Source: Chthoniobacteraceae bacterium (lineage in GTDB: Bacteria; Verrucomicrobiota; Verrucomicrobiia; Chthoniobacterales; Chthoniobacteraceae). From it: a DNA stretch of 26,928 bases. This document shows, one piece after another, positions 26,895 to 26,928 of this stretch; position 1 is the first letter of the stretch, and each line of letters opens with the position of its first letter. Under the pieces are notes generated by a model that saw only the letters and a list, made by a program, of their open reading frames with translations, was not told where the DNA came from and searched no databases. The stretch lies in assembly GCA_031409335.1 (NCBI GenBank), contig JANNWY010000302.1, positions 1-26,928 of the forward strand, in the 5' to 3' direction. The position numbers and the translations under genes are program-made.

Positions 26895-26928
26895 CCTCGC
26901 CCGCCTCCTCGCCCGCCTCCTCGCCCGC
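26895..26928 (+). repeat. 12-bp tandem repeat CCTCGCCCGCCT x ~3, running off the window end
   Basis: Seen directly in the sequence. Confidence 0.85.

Larger units (their letters stand above)
25260..26928 (+). mobile_element. IS4 family (IS50 group) insertion sequence; right end lies beyond the window
   Basis: Left IR plus transposase. No matching right IR before 26928. Confidence 0.8.

Overview
GC-rich bacterial window whose gene content suggests Verrucomicrobia (inference). Left to right: the 3' end of a secreted protein; rhamnulokinase rhaB; an exported hypothetical protein; a decayed thiC 3' remnant joined by microhomology to a diverged second copy of the rhaB 3' end; a lower-GC, overlapping LRR-Roc-COR + TIR gene pair (candidate defence system); DUF1080; a delta-9 desaturase / CruF-like / small ORF / response regulator group; a minus-strand run of tandem DUF1080, YHYH protein, MbnP-MbnH fusion, FAD oxidoreductase and TIGR03790-like protein; an isolated tRNA 3' fragment (att-like) between two repeat families; an operon of standalone NRPS condensation domain, desaturase, ABC exporter and LolA-like protein; and an IS50/Tn5-like IS4 element inserted at the centre of a REP-like palindrome. 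All family calls come from motif recognition by eye; no searches were run.
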